Shown here: positions 52,924-64,000 of the stretch, one piece after another
Layout: each line of letters opens with the position of its first letter
How positions within the stretch are numbered: the first letter of the stretch is position 1
Assembly (NCBI RefSeq): GCF_006345805.1
Contig: NC_043000.1
Location: 62,620,001-62,684,000, forward strand
Reading direction: 5' to 3'
From: Octopus sinensis
Taxonomy: Eukaryota
DNA: 64,000 nucleotides
Notes under the pieces: model-generated
Seen by the model: only the letters and a program-made list of their open reading frames with translations
Databases searched by the model: none
What the model was told of the DNA's origin: nothing
Program-made: the position numbers and the translations under genes

Positions 52924-53160
52924 CACAATGACCTCAAACCCAGAAGAGTAAACAAGAGAGACAGAGACAGGCAGAAACAAGGAAAATGCCACTTGTATTT
53001 GAATACTATACAAATATTCTTTTTAAAAAACTTTTCTTTTAATTTTTCTAAATTTAATTGTTTAATTGTTACAGTTGAAAAAGTCTCAATAACTGAAACC
53101 GGTACTGAAATGTTTTTTATAAAACTAATTTAGCATTTTCTATCTTGACTTTTTTTCAAT
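52921..53160 (+). repeat. pLTR-like segment flanked by (TA)n
   Basis: (TA)n both sides, T-rich tail, contains hammerhead motif. Confidence 0.6.
53072..53107 (+). ncRNA. Minimal type I hammerhead ribozyme motif, U3-A8 core variant
   Basis: cag-TTGAAAA-agt(ctcaata)act-GAAA-ccgg-TA-ctg; predicted cut after A53104. Confidence 0.7.
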
Positions 53161-54252
53161 ATATATATATGTATATATTTATATAGTTAAAAGCCTCACA
53201 TTGATATACAAAAAAAAACTAGAGTGATTAGTTTAGTAGTTGCGTCATATAACTTAGTAAACTTAATTAAGTTTCCACTTTACAATAAATTATCCGTAAT
53301 ATTCATTTGTTGGCAAAATGTTGATTCTATTTGACTTCGATGGAAAAGATCAATATAAAGGTAGCTAACTCTCATTGTCAACTGCGATTTTGTTTCGCTT
53401 CATATTTCGCACTCTTGTCGGATTGTTGGGGGTATTGGGGGTACAAATTGCGTATGCAAATATATACAATAAATGTTTAATTCTATGTCTATCCTTAGTA
53501 CATGTCTTTCACACACACGTATAAATAAAAAGAAAAAGTATAAGCAATATAGAATCAACGACGTGTGAATACATAAAAGCTCACAATATATATATTTTTT
53601 TTATGTATGTATGCATGTTGGTTTTGCATTTATGCGAAGGGACAAAATCATTATAATTCGTGTTCATATCAATTCTTTAACTTATTTAACGCATTCGTTG
53701 TCATTTCTAGGATCATTCCAACAATAGAAATACAATAACTAGCAGACCTGGGGGCGACTGGTTAGGACTGTTCCACAGTCACAAAGTGCACCTGAGCACT
53801 GTACGCAACAATTTCCTTCATTATTATTATATTGTTACAGTTCATGTTGTCTCGTCATGACTCTTTTAATAAAATTGTCTATGAATTGTGCACACAGTAT
53901 TTTCCCTTTTTAATAAACGGAAATATAGATACCCTAGGTGAGAAAGTTTACTCGTAGAAACGAGTAGTAGAGACTCAAACGCGAGAGATGTAATTAGATG
54001 GAGACAGTGAAACAGAAACAATAATAAAGATAGAGGAAAGAAGACAATTAGACTAATAAAGAAATAGCTTTTTCCTCTCTCTCTTGAGTTTTTTTTATGC
54101 GTATAAGAGCTCTATCTGTCTATCGCTTGCCTACCTATTTCCCATCTCTCTCTCCTTCACTCCCCTCCTCTCCTTCTCTCTCTCTCTTTCCACACATGCA
54201 TACACGTAAACGCACACACACATACACACAAACTAATCGTCTCTTTACTTAC

Positions 54253-54921
54253 ATCGTGTCTAAGGACAACTATATTTGAACTTCATTTTAAACCTGTTGC
54301 GATGCCAACTTTCTCTGTTAGTGTGTTTATCTAATGTGCTAGTAAATTTCATACCGTACATTCCTTTCAAAATTGTTTACCGCTAATACCGTATTCCAGG
54401 TTGGATTAGCAAATTCTTTATTTCTCCTACGACCAGCAGCAATGGGACTAACTCAGTCCCGCTATTATCATTATATGATATTTACAAAACAAAGTGTAGA
54501 ATGACTTTATATCTTTTCGCTTTGGACAGCGTTCCCACAGGAGTACGTCTCTTGCACAGCGTACTCTACCATTTCTTTACAGTATACTTTCACAGTCATC
54601 TTACAGTAAATAAAATTGCTAGTGCACTGAAGTCTATATTCTTCGCAGTTTGCCATTTCTCTAAACTTGTATGAATCAAGGAACATTTATTAACCTTTCA
54701 ACATCGTGTTGCCATTTTAGTGGAGATTATCAAACCATAAACGCACCATATCTGTTGGAGGAACTTTATATAACTGTTGGAACGTCTAATGAATAAAAGC
54801 GTAGATGACTTTTCCTACTTCTCTACAGACTGATTAGCAAGCATTAGCTTTCAAAATATGAAGTCACTGACTTGTTGCATTGTACGTTCTATGCAGAGTA
54901 CCGCTTCTCTTTCTCTACTGA
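54253..54921 (-). other. Candidate first exon and TSS of a minus-strand transcript
   Basis: Donor GAT|GTAAGT at 54247-54252; Inr-like TCAGT at 54917-54921 and TCAGTC at 54828-54833; CpG-retaining unique sequence. Confidence 0.4.
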
Positions 54922-55197
54922 TTAGCTTTACGGTCACGTAGTTGGGATGGCGAAAATTATTGAGCTCCAGCATTGTAACTTAATGTGAAGAATACCATAA
55001 TAATTCTTGAAAGTGTTCTATAGACATAAAACATTAAATAAACTGACAATTAGTGTAAGACGAGTGGCATAATTGACATTAATCAGAACATTTAATAATC
55101 ATTTGGCTCTTGCCAATTTTCTATTCATCCTTCTAAGAATATGTATTCACAAATGTTTCACATGTGAATTCCACTATTTTTAGTTTATGGTCTAAGA

Positions 55198-56217
55198 CAA
55201 AGGTTCTCAACGGGGTGCATTTGGAGCCACAAGAGGGCGTTTTGGAGCAATGGAGCATTGCTGGAAGACCCGCATATTTGGGAAAATTAATTTGAAATTA
55301 ACGAGTGGTAGCCATATTTTCACATCTCTGCGACAGTCACTTTAAAAAAACCTGTGTCATTTTGTTTCAAACTTTCAAAAACTTAAGCACATTTTCCACT
55401 ATGACGACACCAAGCAAATTCCTGGTACCATGTGTAACTGGTGTCGCAAAAGTGAAAACCCCCAAAACAAAAACTAAAAATAGATTAATAAGTGACAGAC
55501 GATTAAAAGAAAAAAGTAATGAATACAAGCGAAAAGCTGAATGTGTGTGTGCAAATATATAAAGAATGGTGGTCAGAATTTTGGATCAAACTGGCTTTTG
55601 GGAGTGGCTGATAGGTATGTACTTGTGTATGTATATGATTGCGTGTATTGCCGTTTTGAATTCCTTTCTGCGATTGAACTTAAATTGACCCCCTGGCTAT
55701 TAAAGACACAACCACACACACATTTGTTTTAGGTTTTGTACCCATTTGAACTGCGGCTACACACCAGATAACGTGGTAAGTCTTATGTTCTAAAATTTAA
55801 ATTTTGAATATGTTTCAATTATAAAATTACACCCCAGCTAAAAACAAATCTTTTGGCTTTGGAAGACAGAACCTTCTCTTTCTATATTTCTTGTTAAGTT
55901 AGAATTTCTCTGTTTTGGTGAGAATTTTCCAATTTCCAGTATCAAGCAATGGACAGAAGCATTTAAAAAAAAATAAATTCATAGAGCCGAACAAAATCAA
56001 AAATATTAATTTTAATCGTAATGCTGGAGAGGAGTAGACATTTTCCCTTTCCTTAATACAAACAAGAGCATAGCATGAGGAAGATTTGGCTCTTATTTCT
56101 AGCAAATTGAACAACCACACAGAGAGTACCGCATTGGCTCATCTGTTGATGTGTATAAGTAAACAAAAACTAAAGGAAAAACAGACACTAGCAAAGACGC
56201 GCGCGCGTGTATGTATA

Positions 56218-56273
<56 letters not shown>

Positions 56274-57726
56274 GAATTATGATGTAAGCACGTGCTAAAA
56301 CCCCTCATAACTTTCGTATTTTTACAAATTTTTTTCGATTCTGTCTTCTGCATAATGGAATTGATATGATTATGCAACAACAAAAAAATCTCTCCTCCTC
56401 TTCCCCGCTAATTTTTCTCTTTTTTAATTCGTGGTTTTAAAATATAGACAGTCCGAATCTACCATTTGTTTCTCTTTATAATTTCCAAATAATTTTTTAA
56501 TACTTTTATGGAAAAAAAAGTCAATTGATGGTCTTCACACTTTTTCACGTAATCCTGGACTTTATATGTGAAATGTCAGTGACATGCTGCATGTCCATCA
56601 GCAATATTAGCAGACAGACAGCCGTGCAGTGGTACGACATATAAACTAAGTAGGCGAGAGCCTTCTGTTTAAGAGGGAAAATGAAGTTGGAAGAGTGGTG
56701 AAGAAATTTTGGATATCTGTGATTGTCGTAACCCACGTTATGCCAGTTTTTATGTGTGTATGTGCGTGTATAATATGTCTGTATATAATTAAAACAATAC
56801 GTATACACCCACGTGTATATACATCTATTTGCTTAATTTTTAACTACTGTTTCTGGCACACATTTACGCAATTTTGATTTTGAAGTATTTAAAAAATTAT
56901 TTGGAAATTATAAAGAGAAATGAATGGTAGATTCGAACTGTCCGTATTTTAAAACCACGAATTAAAAAAAAATTGTGTGCGTCAATTTTTTTTCTCCAGA
57001 AGTTCATGGCTTCGTAGGAATAAGCGTGGAAAACTGCATCAATATAACCAATTGTCAGGTTTTTTACTTCCTTTTTAAAAAATGCAGATTTTGTGAATGA
57101 AACAAACTAGATCCTGAATAAGAAATGAATGTTTAATATGACAAATTTTCAGATTTTGACTTAATTTTAAAAGGGGGCTGATTTTGTAACTCAAACTAAC
57201 TAGATCCAGTACAGTGAATACCATCCTCCACAATTGGCTACTCATATGAAGTGCATATGTATTTCAAGAATTTCAGTCAAATACACTCTTTCTTGCGCAT
57301 AAAAAATGCTCTTCCCGGGTTTCAATAACTTATATGTTAGATTGTTGCACAAGTTCTAGCTGTTTTGATAAGGGAAATCGGAAAGGTTTGAAATGATTTC
57401 ATAGGCATTTACTTATACGAAAGAGCACTCTTTCGATAAACTACACGTTGATCTCATAAGTGTCGCATGGTGAAAATAAACGCAATTACCAAACTTTCAA
57501 TTCATTATTTCGTTTGCTTGTTTTTTTTTGGGGGGGGGGGCATTTCAGTTTGTACATTTGTACTCCCAACTGCGTACAAACGCATATGTAAAACAACGTC
57601 CTTTATTTTTTAATCATTATCTGCTGATATCAAAATAGGTAGTATATTGAAAAATAAATATATTTTCGGGAGGGGGGAGCAATGGTCAAAATGGGGCCTT
57701 TAGCCAAAATGGGTTGAGAACCTTTA
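55198..57726. mobile_element. Non-autonomous hAT (Charlie-like) element, 2.5 kb, with nested material
   Basis: TIR (C/T)AAAGGTTCTCAAC; 8-bp TSD GTCTAAGA at 55190-55197 and 57727-57734. Confidence 0.85.
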
Positions 57727-59375
57727 GTCTAAGATACTTGATTTGAGTTTGGGTCATTCTGAGCTCTGTTATATAATCATCACAACAAACATGAACAATC
57801 AATGTCGCCCATTGTCTCCCTTGATAAAAGGACTTTCACTTTGTTTCCCGCCAAAACAATTAACTTGTACAACAACGGCAGTCGAATAAAGTATCTTGTA
57901 TCGTTAACACGTTGTTTCAGTCTCTCTCATTTTCTTAATCTTTCATACTAAGTACTCACTACTTCCTTTAATACTCAATACATTATATATATATAACAAC
58001 AACAAGCTCGACAGTCGGGAGTTTATCTCTTTGGCTAAAATTAAATGCTAGACTCTAAATTAACGAAAATTTTGACAATACAATAGTGCATTATTGTATA
58101 TATGCTATAGAAAATTTCAGTTGAAACTCTACGTATCGACAGTAATTAGGTATTAACAAGCTACAATTCGACTTAAAGATTCCACGAACGAAAGCAAAAG
58201 CTTTTTCTGTTGTCCCTATTTGGTACTAGCCTGTATATTCACTTTTATATGCGAGTATATTATCTCTAAACTCGTATTATCTCTAAACTCTCTAAAGATT
58301 TCTATTATTTCCTCTTTTAAAAGCTTTGTCTCATTGCCAAACATCAGAAACTTGATTGTTTTTAAGCATAAAGGAATTTGATATCAGCGAGAACTTCCTT
58401 GAGAATTGAATGCATAATAATTTTCATTCTTAGTATGCATCATTGTAGTTAATTTTGAATTAGGAACAAAAAAATAAAGCATGTTCCTTGCAAAAGTATC
58501 AACGAACGCTTCTTGGTCACGTTCAGAGAATCTGCACGAACATTTTAACAAAACGAAATGGGCTGCTTGACCAAATAGGATTTCAGCGGGATTCAAGAGA
58601 ATTTCAAAGATGTGAACATGATACAATGCAATCATAAGATTTAATTATTGACGTTTTATTAGGCAATATGCCACTTCAACAAGTGATTATAGATCTACAA
58701 TCAGTGCTACCAAAGAAATTAACTTGTTTTACGGTGACTCTCTTTTGTCTTGTCCCTTCCTAAAAAGTTGTTTCGTTATATTTCAATCTATTTTTGTCAG
58801 CCTCATTATTACTCCCCTTCCAGATTTCATGCTAAACATTTGCTCAACTTCTTCTCTACCGAATCCCATTTAATTTACCTTCTAGTAAGTTTTCTTTGTT
58901 TTTTTTTTTCGTTCCATCTCTAAACCAAACAATTAAACTATCACACAACAAAAGAACTTAAGGAGTTTGTGACTTGTTACTTTTCCTCTGACAAATAAAA
59001 ACATATTAATGTAAACAATCTCGTTAATTCTGTACACTTTGAATATTCCAGAATTTTCATGGTTTCTATTTTAATACTTCTTTGCTCTGATGTTTGATAT
59101 TTCAAAAATATTTCCTGGGTAAGATTATTTCAATATTAATTTGAAGACAGTGTTTTGGCTCTGTTATGAATACCTTTCTAACACACCCAGACAATACTTT
59201 TAAAGTAGTGTAACAGGATGAAAAGTCTATAACACTGGCGGGGTGCAGCTCTCATCGCTTACATTAAATTATTAATCGAAGGAAAAACCAAGACTTCCGA
59301 ATATCTTCAACAGCATAAATATTTTTATTTCTGGATTCGCAATATATACATTCTTCTTCAGGGTGAATCGGCAGC

Positions 59376-59640
59376 CTAGGAGCTCATCGCAGTAGTCAAG
59401 TGGAGTGAGCCAAATCCTGTCCGTTCAAGCATAGTGTAGCCACGAGGTGGCAGTTTGAGAGAGCTGCTGCAACACGACCGTCCTGTTAGACTGTCAGTAT
59501 TCGAGAGAGGTCGATACGCGGGAAATTTTGCTGCTGCTAGTTTTCTGCACATACTCATGAGGGAACTTCCGGCAGGCCTCCCGGAAGAATCCAAATTCTG
59601 CGCATGCGTGTTGAAGATTTCCAAAATGGCATCACTACAG
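59376..59640. other. GC/CpG-rich unique island: promoter-like motif cluster or minus-strand terminal exon
   Basis: CCGGAAG on both strands, TGCGCATGCG, CAAAATGGC; 82-codon minus ORF with weak upstream AG. Confidence 0.3.
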
Positions 59641-59853
59641 TAGCATCAGCGTGAATAATTCACTCTTATCATCAAGAGCTGCCTATTGGTTTCAAATTTG
59701 AGCACAAGGCCAACTAAGTCGATTACATCGACCTCAGTGCTCAACTGGTACTTATTTTATCGACTCTTAAAGAATGAAAAGCAAAGTCGACCTCGTTGGA
59801 ATTTGAACTCAGAACACGAAGAAAGACAAAACGCCGCTAAGTATTTCACCCAG

Positions 59854-60576
59854 CAGCGAATTTTTTTTTCCCGCGAGAGTTCCGGACCCCATTTTATGAA
59901 TTCATTTGCATACAGCCAGTCAGAGCTCACCTTGACCTTGTTGTCAAGTTAACAAAGGTTGGCATTCAAAATGGTGACCTCCGATCGCCATGCGAATCTT
60001 GTGTTCTGCTCTCATTCTGCCAATATCCTTGATACTAAACACATACGCTGGTTAGCTGTAGGTTTGACATAGAATTAAATTCAATAATTATAATAAATTA
60101 ATCTATAATTACTACTAATAGTACTCGCACATTTTCGCGACTTTTTTTTTTGTACAAAAGCTCATAAAATAAATAAAAATTCGTTTTTCGCTGAAGACCA
60201 CAGGAAAATGCACATGTAGGACTTGGATAGCTAAAGATACATTAACAATACACACACGTCCATAATTCGTATCAGTGAATCAATGCGTATTCATAAAACC
60301 TTCAAGCAGTTTCCGTACTTTCATATTCGTTCAAAACATTATCTTTGATTGATATAGTAATTCAAACCTACAGCTAACCAGCGTTTGTGTTCAGTACCGA
60401 TGATATTGGCATCTGAATGAAAGCAGAACACAAGATTCGCATGGCAATCGGAGGTCGCCATTTTGAATGCCAACCTTTGTTAACTTGACAACAAGGTCAA
60501 GGTGAACTCTGATTGGCTGTATGCAAATGAGTTCATTACTGGGATCCGGAACCCTCATGGGAAAAAAATTTCGCCG
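59854..60576. mobile_element. Foldback element with ~215-bp TIRs inserted in a SINE A (59686-60612, minus)
   Basis: 59854-60068 inverted at 60361-60576; flanks CCCAG / CCCGG; SINE halves join across it. Confidence 0.9.
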
Positions 60577-62795
60577 CCCGGCATGCTAACGATTCTGCTA
60601 GCTCGCCGCCTTACACTTATCATCAACTACTGTATATTGATATTTTATTATGTGTGAGAGAGAGAGAAAGAGAGAGAGTTGTTTCCCAATTAAACATTTA
60701 TGGCAGTTACTCCTTGGCGTTTGTTAGATAAGCAATCTGACATCAAGCTAAAGAATGTTTGAAACATTTCAAAATTCATTTCTGAAATCTTTGGCAACTA
60801 ATACCGAAATAAAGCAGGAAAAGAAACCCCATGATATTTTGGGGTGTTTATAAACATAATCTACAGTAAACGTTGATTAGAAATACAGGTAGCTGTTTCT
60901 AGCAGGCTTGAATAAAGTCTAACTTTAAAACGATACGCCGGTAAAATTTTATGAGTTCAAATCTACCTTAGAACAAGCACAGGAGCCATAGTATGTTTGT
61001 CAGAAATAGATACCACTTAAGTGAATGGCAGGTCAGCAATATCTGCTAGAAAAAGAAGCCAGGTATCTTCAAATTACACCACATTTATCTAAAAAAGAAA
61101 GACTTTTTATAATGTAGACCACTGTATGGGTTGCTTGTCTGATGATCTATTTGATCAAAGCTGACATGGAGCTAAACAACATCAACAAGACTGTTAAAGA
61201 CTAGGTTCTCTATCCCGAAGAGAAAACAATGGAATCCTGGTATCACAAGGCGGTATTTCGGTCATTCCCATTCATATGATGCAAAAGTTTGCCTTCTCCA
61301 CCGTCACAAGCGTTCAAAATACGTAGAATATTTTATGAATAACCGAGAGAACTAACATCACCGAATAAAATGATTAGTAGCGATAGGCCGATTGGGTTTT
61401 AGTTTAGTTAAACGATACCAAACGTCTTGAAGGGGAGTGCATAGAAATATTCTATGCGTTCATTTGCTGTAGAGAAAGACAAATCCTACGTTTCATGCTT
61501 TTATTCTTTGTCCGGGAACAAAGGAAAAAGTAGAATTGCAAACGAAAAATACAATGAGTCGTTGAACTTTTCCTGTTTTCATTTTCAGAAAGAAAACAAA
61601 AACGGAAGTTATATTAGGCGCTTTTTTTAAGTGGGTAAATTATTGAAATTTAGGTTGTCTTTCTCAATGAAGAATGAATTAATAATCTTTTTATATTGAT
61701 TAACTAAAAACGCTTACTTTAAAAATGTTGCAGTTCCTTTTCTGTGAACCCAGCATAGACATAGTACAATATTTACATTTATTTAGATGACTTTTCCAGA
61801 CAATGTATCGAGGAAAAGGTTCAATTTCCATCATTATGATGTAGTTTTGTGACTGATTCGAAGGAAATTTGGCTGATATTTCTAGCAAGTCGAATGACTA
61901 CATGAAAGCTCTCATATTTATATGTTTATGTTTGTAAGTAATATTTATCGCAGACGATGAATTCTTAAAAAAATAATGTTGCCAACAATAACTTAACATT
62001 TCAGTGCTAGTGCAATATCTTAGCCAAAACTCCCTCATACTGAAAGTAAGTGATAAAATAGTTTTCTTTATCTAATTTTTTTTTATTTCCAAAATTGTTG
62101 AATATCAATATAAGTGGAAAATATATATTTGCCTTTACTATCAGCAGAACTTTTTTTTTTTTTTTTTGTAAAATAGTTTACTAATCTCGAATATAAGAGG
62201 TTTGAGAATGAACCGTATTCTATAAATCGAATTAAGTTTACAATAAACTGTACCTTTCATATTCTTCCAGTCTCCCCATCTTTATCCTTTTCCTTTCGTC
62301 GCAGTCTATTGTATTTTAAGAGTGAAATAGTCATGGTGATTTTTATTTTCCAGAGGTACGGTAGGAAAAAAATAAATCTGACCAAATGCGTTACCTTCGT
62401 AAATTCAATGAATAAAACGAATTCATTGTTATTTCGTTTCTCCAATTACTTGGAAATTATGGACCACATATTCATAAGAGTAATCAGCACATTATGACAT
62501 CATAACAGAAATGTGTTAAAATTTTCAAATGAAATATAAAGCAAAGGGAAAATATAAGCAAAATTACTTTCTTTTAATTTTCTCTGTTGAAACAATGATT
62601 GAAATGATGTCATAATACCTTTATCAAATTATGAAATCATTGAAATACGGTATGGTATGACAGGTGGATAGACGGAAAGACAAACGGACGGAGACATGGC
62701 TCTGTTAACACAAACAGACACGCACACATGAGCACAAACACATATGAGAAATTAAGATAAACACAAGTTTATATTATTAGTAGTTCCTACGTCTA

Positions 62796-62993
62796 AAGGC
62801 AGCGAGCTGGTAGAATCGTGAGCACGCAGGACAAAATACTTTGCTACATTTCGTACGTTCTAAGTTCAAATTCCACCGAAGTCGACTTTCAGAGTCGATG
62901 AAATAAGTGCCAGTTGCGTACTGGGATTGATGTAATTGACTATTCCCCTCCTACCAAATTTCAGACCGTGTACCTTTAGTAAAAAGGATTATT
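62796..62993 (+). mobile_element. SINE family A
   Basis: Head, deleted core, tail; ATTATTAGT(A)GTTCC-like flanks. Confidence 0.8.
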
Positions 62994-63120
62994 AGTTCCC
63001 ATGTACGTTTCATCATTGTGGTTCCTTTGGAGTTCTGCATTGGGTGTTTCAACTGAAATTGGATGTTTCACTACCACTGATCACCAGGGAACAAGTTACT
63101 GTCTTATGTTACAGAGTATT

Positions 63121-63240
63121 TCATCATCATCATTGTTCGACCGTGGTCGAGACAATGGAATTTACCATGCTACGCCAGACTTCACGGTCCATCATGGCAT
63201 TACGGAGGTCCTGTTGCTGGATGCCTGTATCCCTGGATAC
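63121..63240 (-). mobile_element. 5'-truncated RTE-clade LINE 3' end
   Basis: SRDTGIQQQDLRNAMMDREVWRSMVNSIVSTTVEQ* then (TGA)n. Confidence 0.75.
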
Positions 63241-63579
63241 AGAGCACTAATGTCTCAATTATAATATAACCTTATGTTTATCTTAATTTCTCCTATATTT
63301 GCACTGTAGTTCATTATTAGTAATATTAAGTATAGAAGTTGATTACCACTGAAACAGATCGGACGTCGATAATTTACGTGGAACATTATATTTAACAGTA
63401 GCAGTTGTACATCTATTTCTTCACAGAATATCCGCTATATATTATGTAGTCGTTGGTTATGGCTGGGTAGAAAGTTACCTCATGGATCCAATAGTCTCAG
63501 TTGTTCGACTTCCTTCGAACTTTTAACCGTGTCGACTACATTTTCATAGAGAACGCTAATGGGAGTATCCCATATTCTA

Positions 63580-64000
63580 AATAACTCCATGCATTTTGTG
63601 TCAAATAGGTTAAGTAATTTTTTTTCAATGCATAAATGATTGTCCTTTTCGTTTCATCTCGAAAAGTTACGTTGCAAATACATTCGCCGTTGAAATATAG
63701 TTTCTTTCCTGTAACACCATATGCTTCTTTTTTTTTTATATATAAATAATTTCGGCTTACCGATTTTTCGCCATGTTTCTTCATTTGTGATAGTGATATC
63801 ACAACCTGTGTCTAATTGCATTTTGACACTAGTGGTTTCGATTCTCACCTTGATGGATTATCTGTTCGTTGTGCAAACTTTTTTTCTCTAACGACAAACT
63901 ATTTATTTTTTCTCGTTTAGTCCAGTTTTTCATCAGCTTAGTTCTGTAGTGCGATTTAATGTGTCCTGTTTTCCCACAATGAAAACACGTTGCTTTTTTG
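63580..64000 (-). mobile_element. Ty3/Gypsy LTR retrotransposon gag-protease remnant, cut by window end
   Basis: Zn knuckle CFHCGKTGHIKSHY (~63945-63990), protease MQLDTGCDITI.NEETWRKIGKP, GVTGKKLYFNGE. Confidence 0.8.

Noticed and set aside
62254-62305. Possible minus-strand mini-exon (AATAG...AAG|GTACAG)
   Set aside because: Weak splice signals and no supporting neighbours

Overview
Repeat-dense, AT-rich eukaryotic (animal) DNA with no intact protein-coding gene. The SINE families, (TA)n/(TG)n/(AAT)n microsatellites and transposon mix look like an octopus (cephalopod) genome; this is recognition from memory, not a database result. Most ORFs in the track are microsatellite or repeat read-throughs. 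Real coding remnants belong to decayed transposons: RTE, Tx1/L1, R4/Dong, RLE-type, Penelope, Gypsy, mariner, DD37D/maT, Tigger, Chapaev3, plus hAT, piggyBac, Helitron and foldback non-autonomous elements. The most interesting signal is a set of minimal type I hammerhead ribozyme motifs in microsatellite-flanked, often inverted, Penelope-pLTR-like repeats. Their catalytic cores show three different Watson-Crick pairs at positions 3-8: canonical C3-G8 (24382/25384), U3-A8 (53072) and G3-C8 (20641). Other findings: a SINE whose tail matches the 3' end of the local Tx1 LINE; a CpG-decayed domain (~27-52.6 kb) with minus-strand splice sites suggesting a methylated, probably non-coding spliced gene with a tandemly duplicated exon; and foldback elements carrying telomeric repeats or octamer/CCAAT/YY1 motifs. 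Repeat boundaries are by eye and approximate unless a TSD/TIR is quoted.
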